From positions 20,722,030 to 20,786,029 of the forward strand of contig NC_068983.1 in the NCBI RefSeq assembly GCF_001194135.2: DNA of 64,000 nt, written 5' to 3'. This DNA comes from Octopus bimaculoides (Eukaryota). The notes under the pieces were generated by a model. The model had not been told where the DNA came from, did not search any database, and saw only the letters and a program-made list of their open reading frames with translations. Shown here piece by piece: positions 63,818-64,000 of the stretch. The number at the start of each line of letters is the position of its first letter. Position 1 is the stretch's first letter. Made by a program: the position numbers and the translations under genes.

Positions 63818-64000
63818 CCTGCTGATGTTTCCTATTATGAACGTACCAATGATGATCAAGTGCCTGTGTATTTTAGTTAAAAACTTACTCATCTTCTAAG
63901 TGAACTGATCGTTTATATATTAAGAAGAAATAATTCCACAGAAATGCCTGCCCCAATAGGAGACTAACGTAGTACCTATTATGTGTATTAAGAAAAATAC

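Overview
AT-rich, microsatellite-dense eukaryotic DNA with 15 assembly gaps (~5.9 kb of N, most next to (TA)n/(TG)n runs). I found no host protein-coding exon I can defend, and no rRNA, true tRNA gene or CRISPR array. The repeat families look like those I recall from Octopus (inference from memory, not a database hit). Content: (1) about 30 copies of four tRNA-headed SINE groups, given working labels here. A = GTGGAGGCGCAATGGCCCAGTGG head. B = TAGGCGCAGGAGTGGCTGTGTGG head with an internal microsatellite. C = AAGGCGGTGAGCTGGCAGAA head. D = GTGGAGGCGCGTGGCTTAGTGG head with a CORE-like centre. (2) A Tx1/L1-clade LINE fragment whose RT segment and 3' end point in opposite directions. (3) An apparently ORF1-only (CCHC zinc-knuckle) retroelement inserted inside a SINE. 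(4) Tc1/mariner relics (maT-type transposase, mariner deletion derivative, a TA-flanked MITE), a hAT-like and a TTAA-flanked element. (5) Several long fold-back palindromes. The most interesting signal is a ~35-60 nt 3' terminus shared by the LINE, the ORF1-only element and one SINE-C subfamily, which suggests one retrotransposon engine with two kinds of non-autonomous passengers. All alignments were done by eye; boundaries without TSD/TIR support are approximate.
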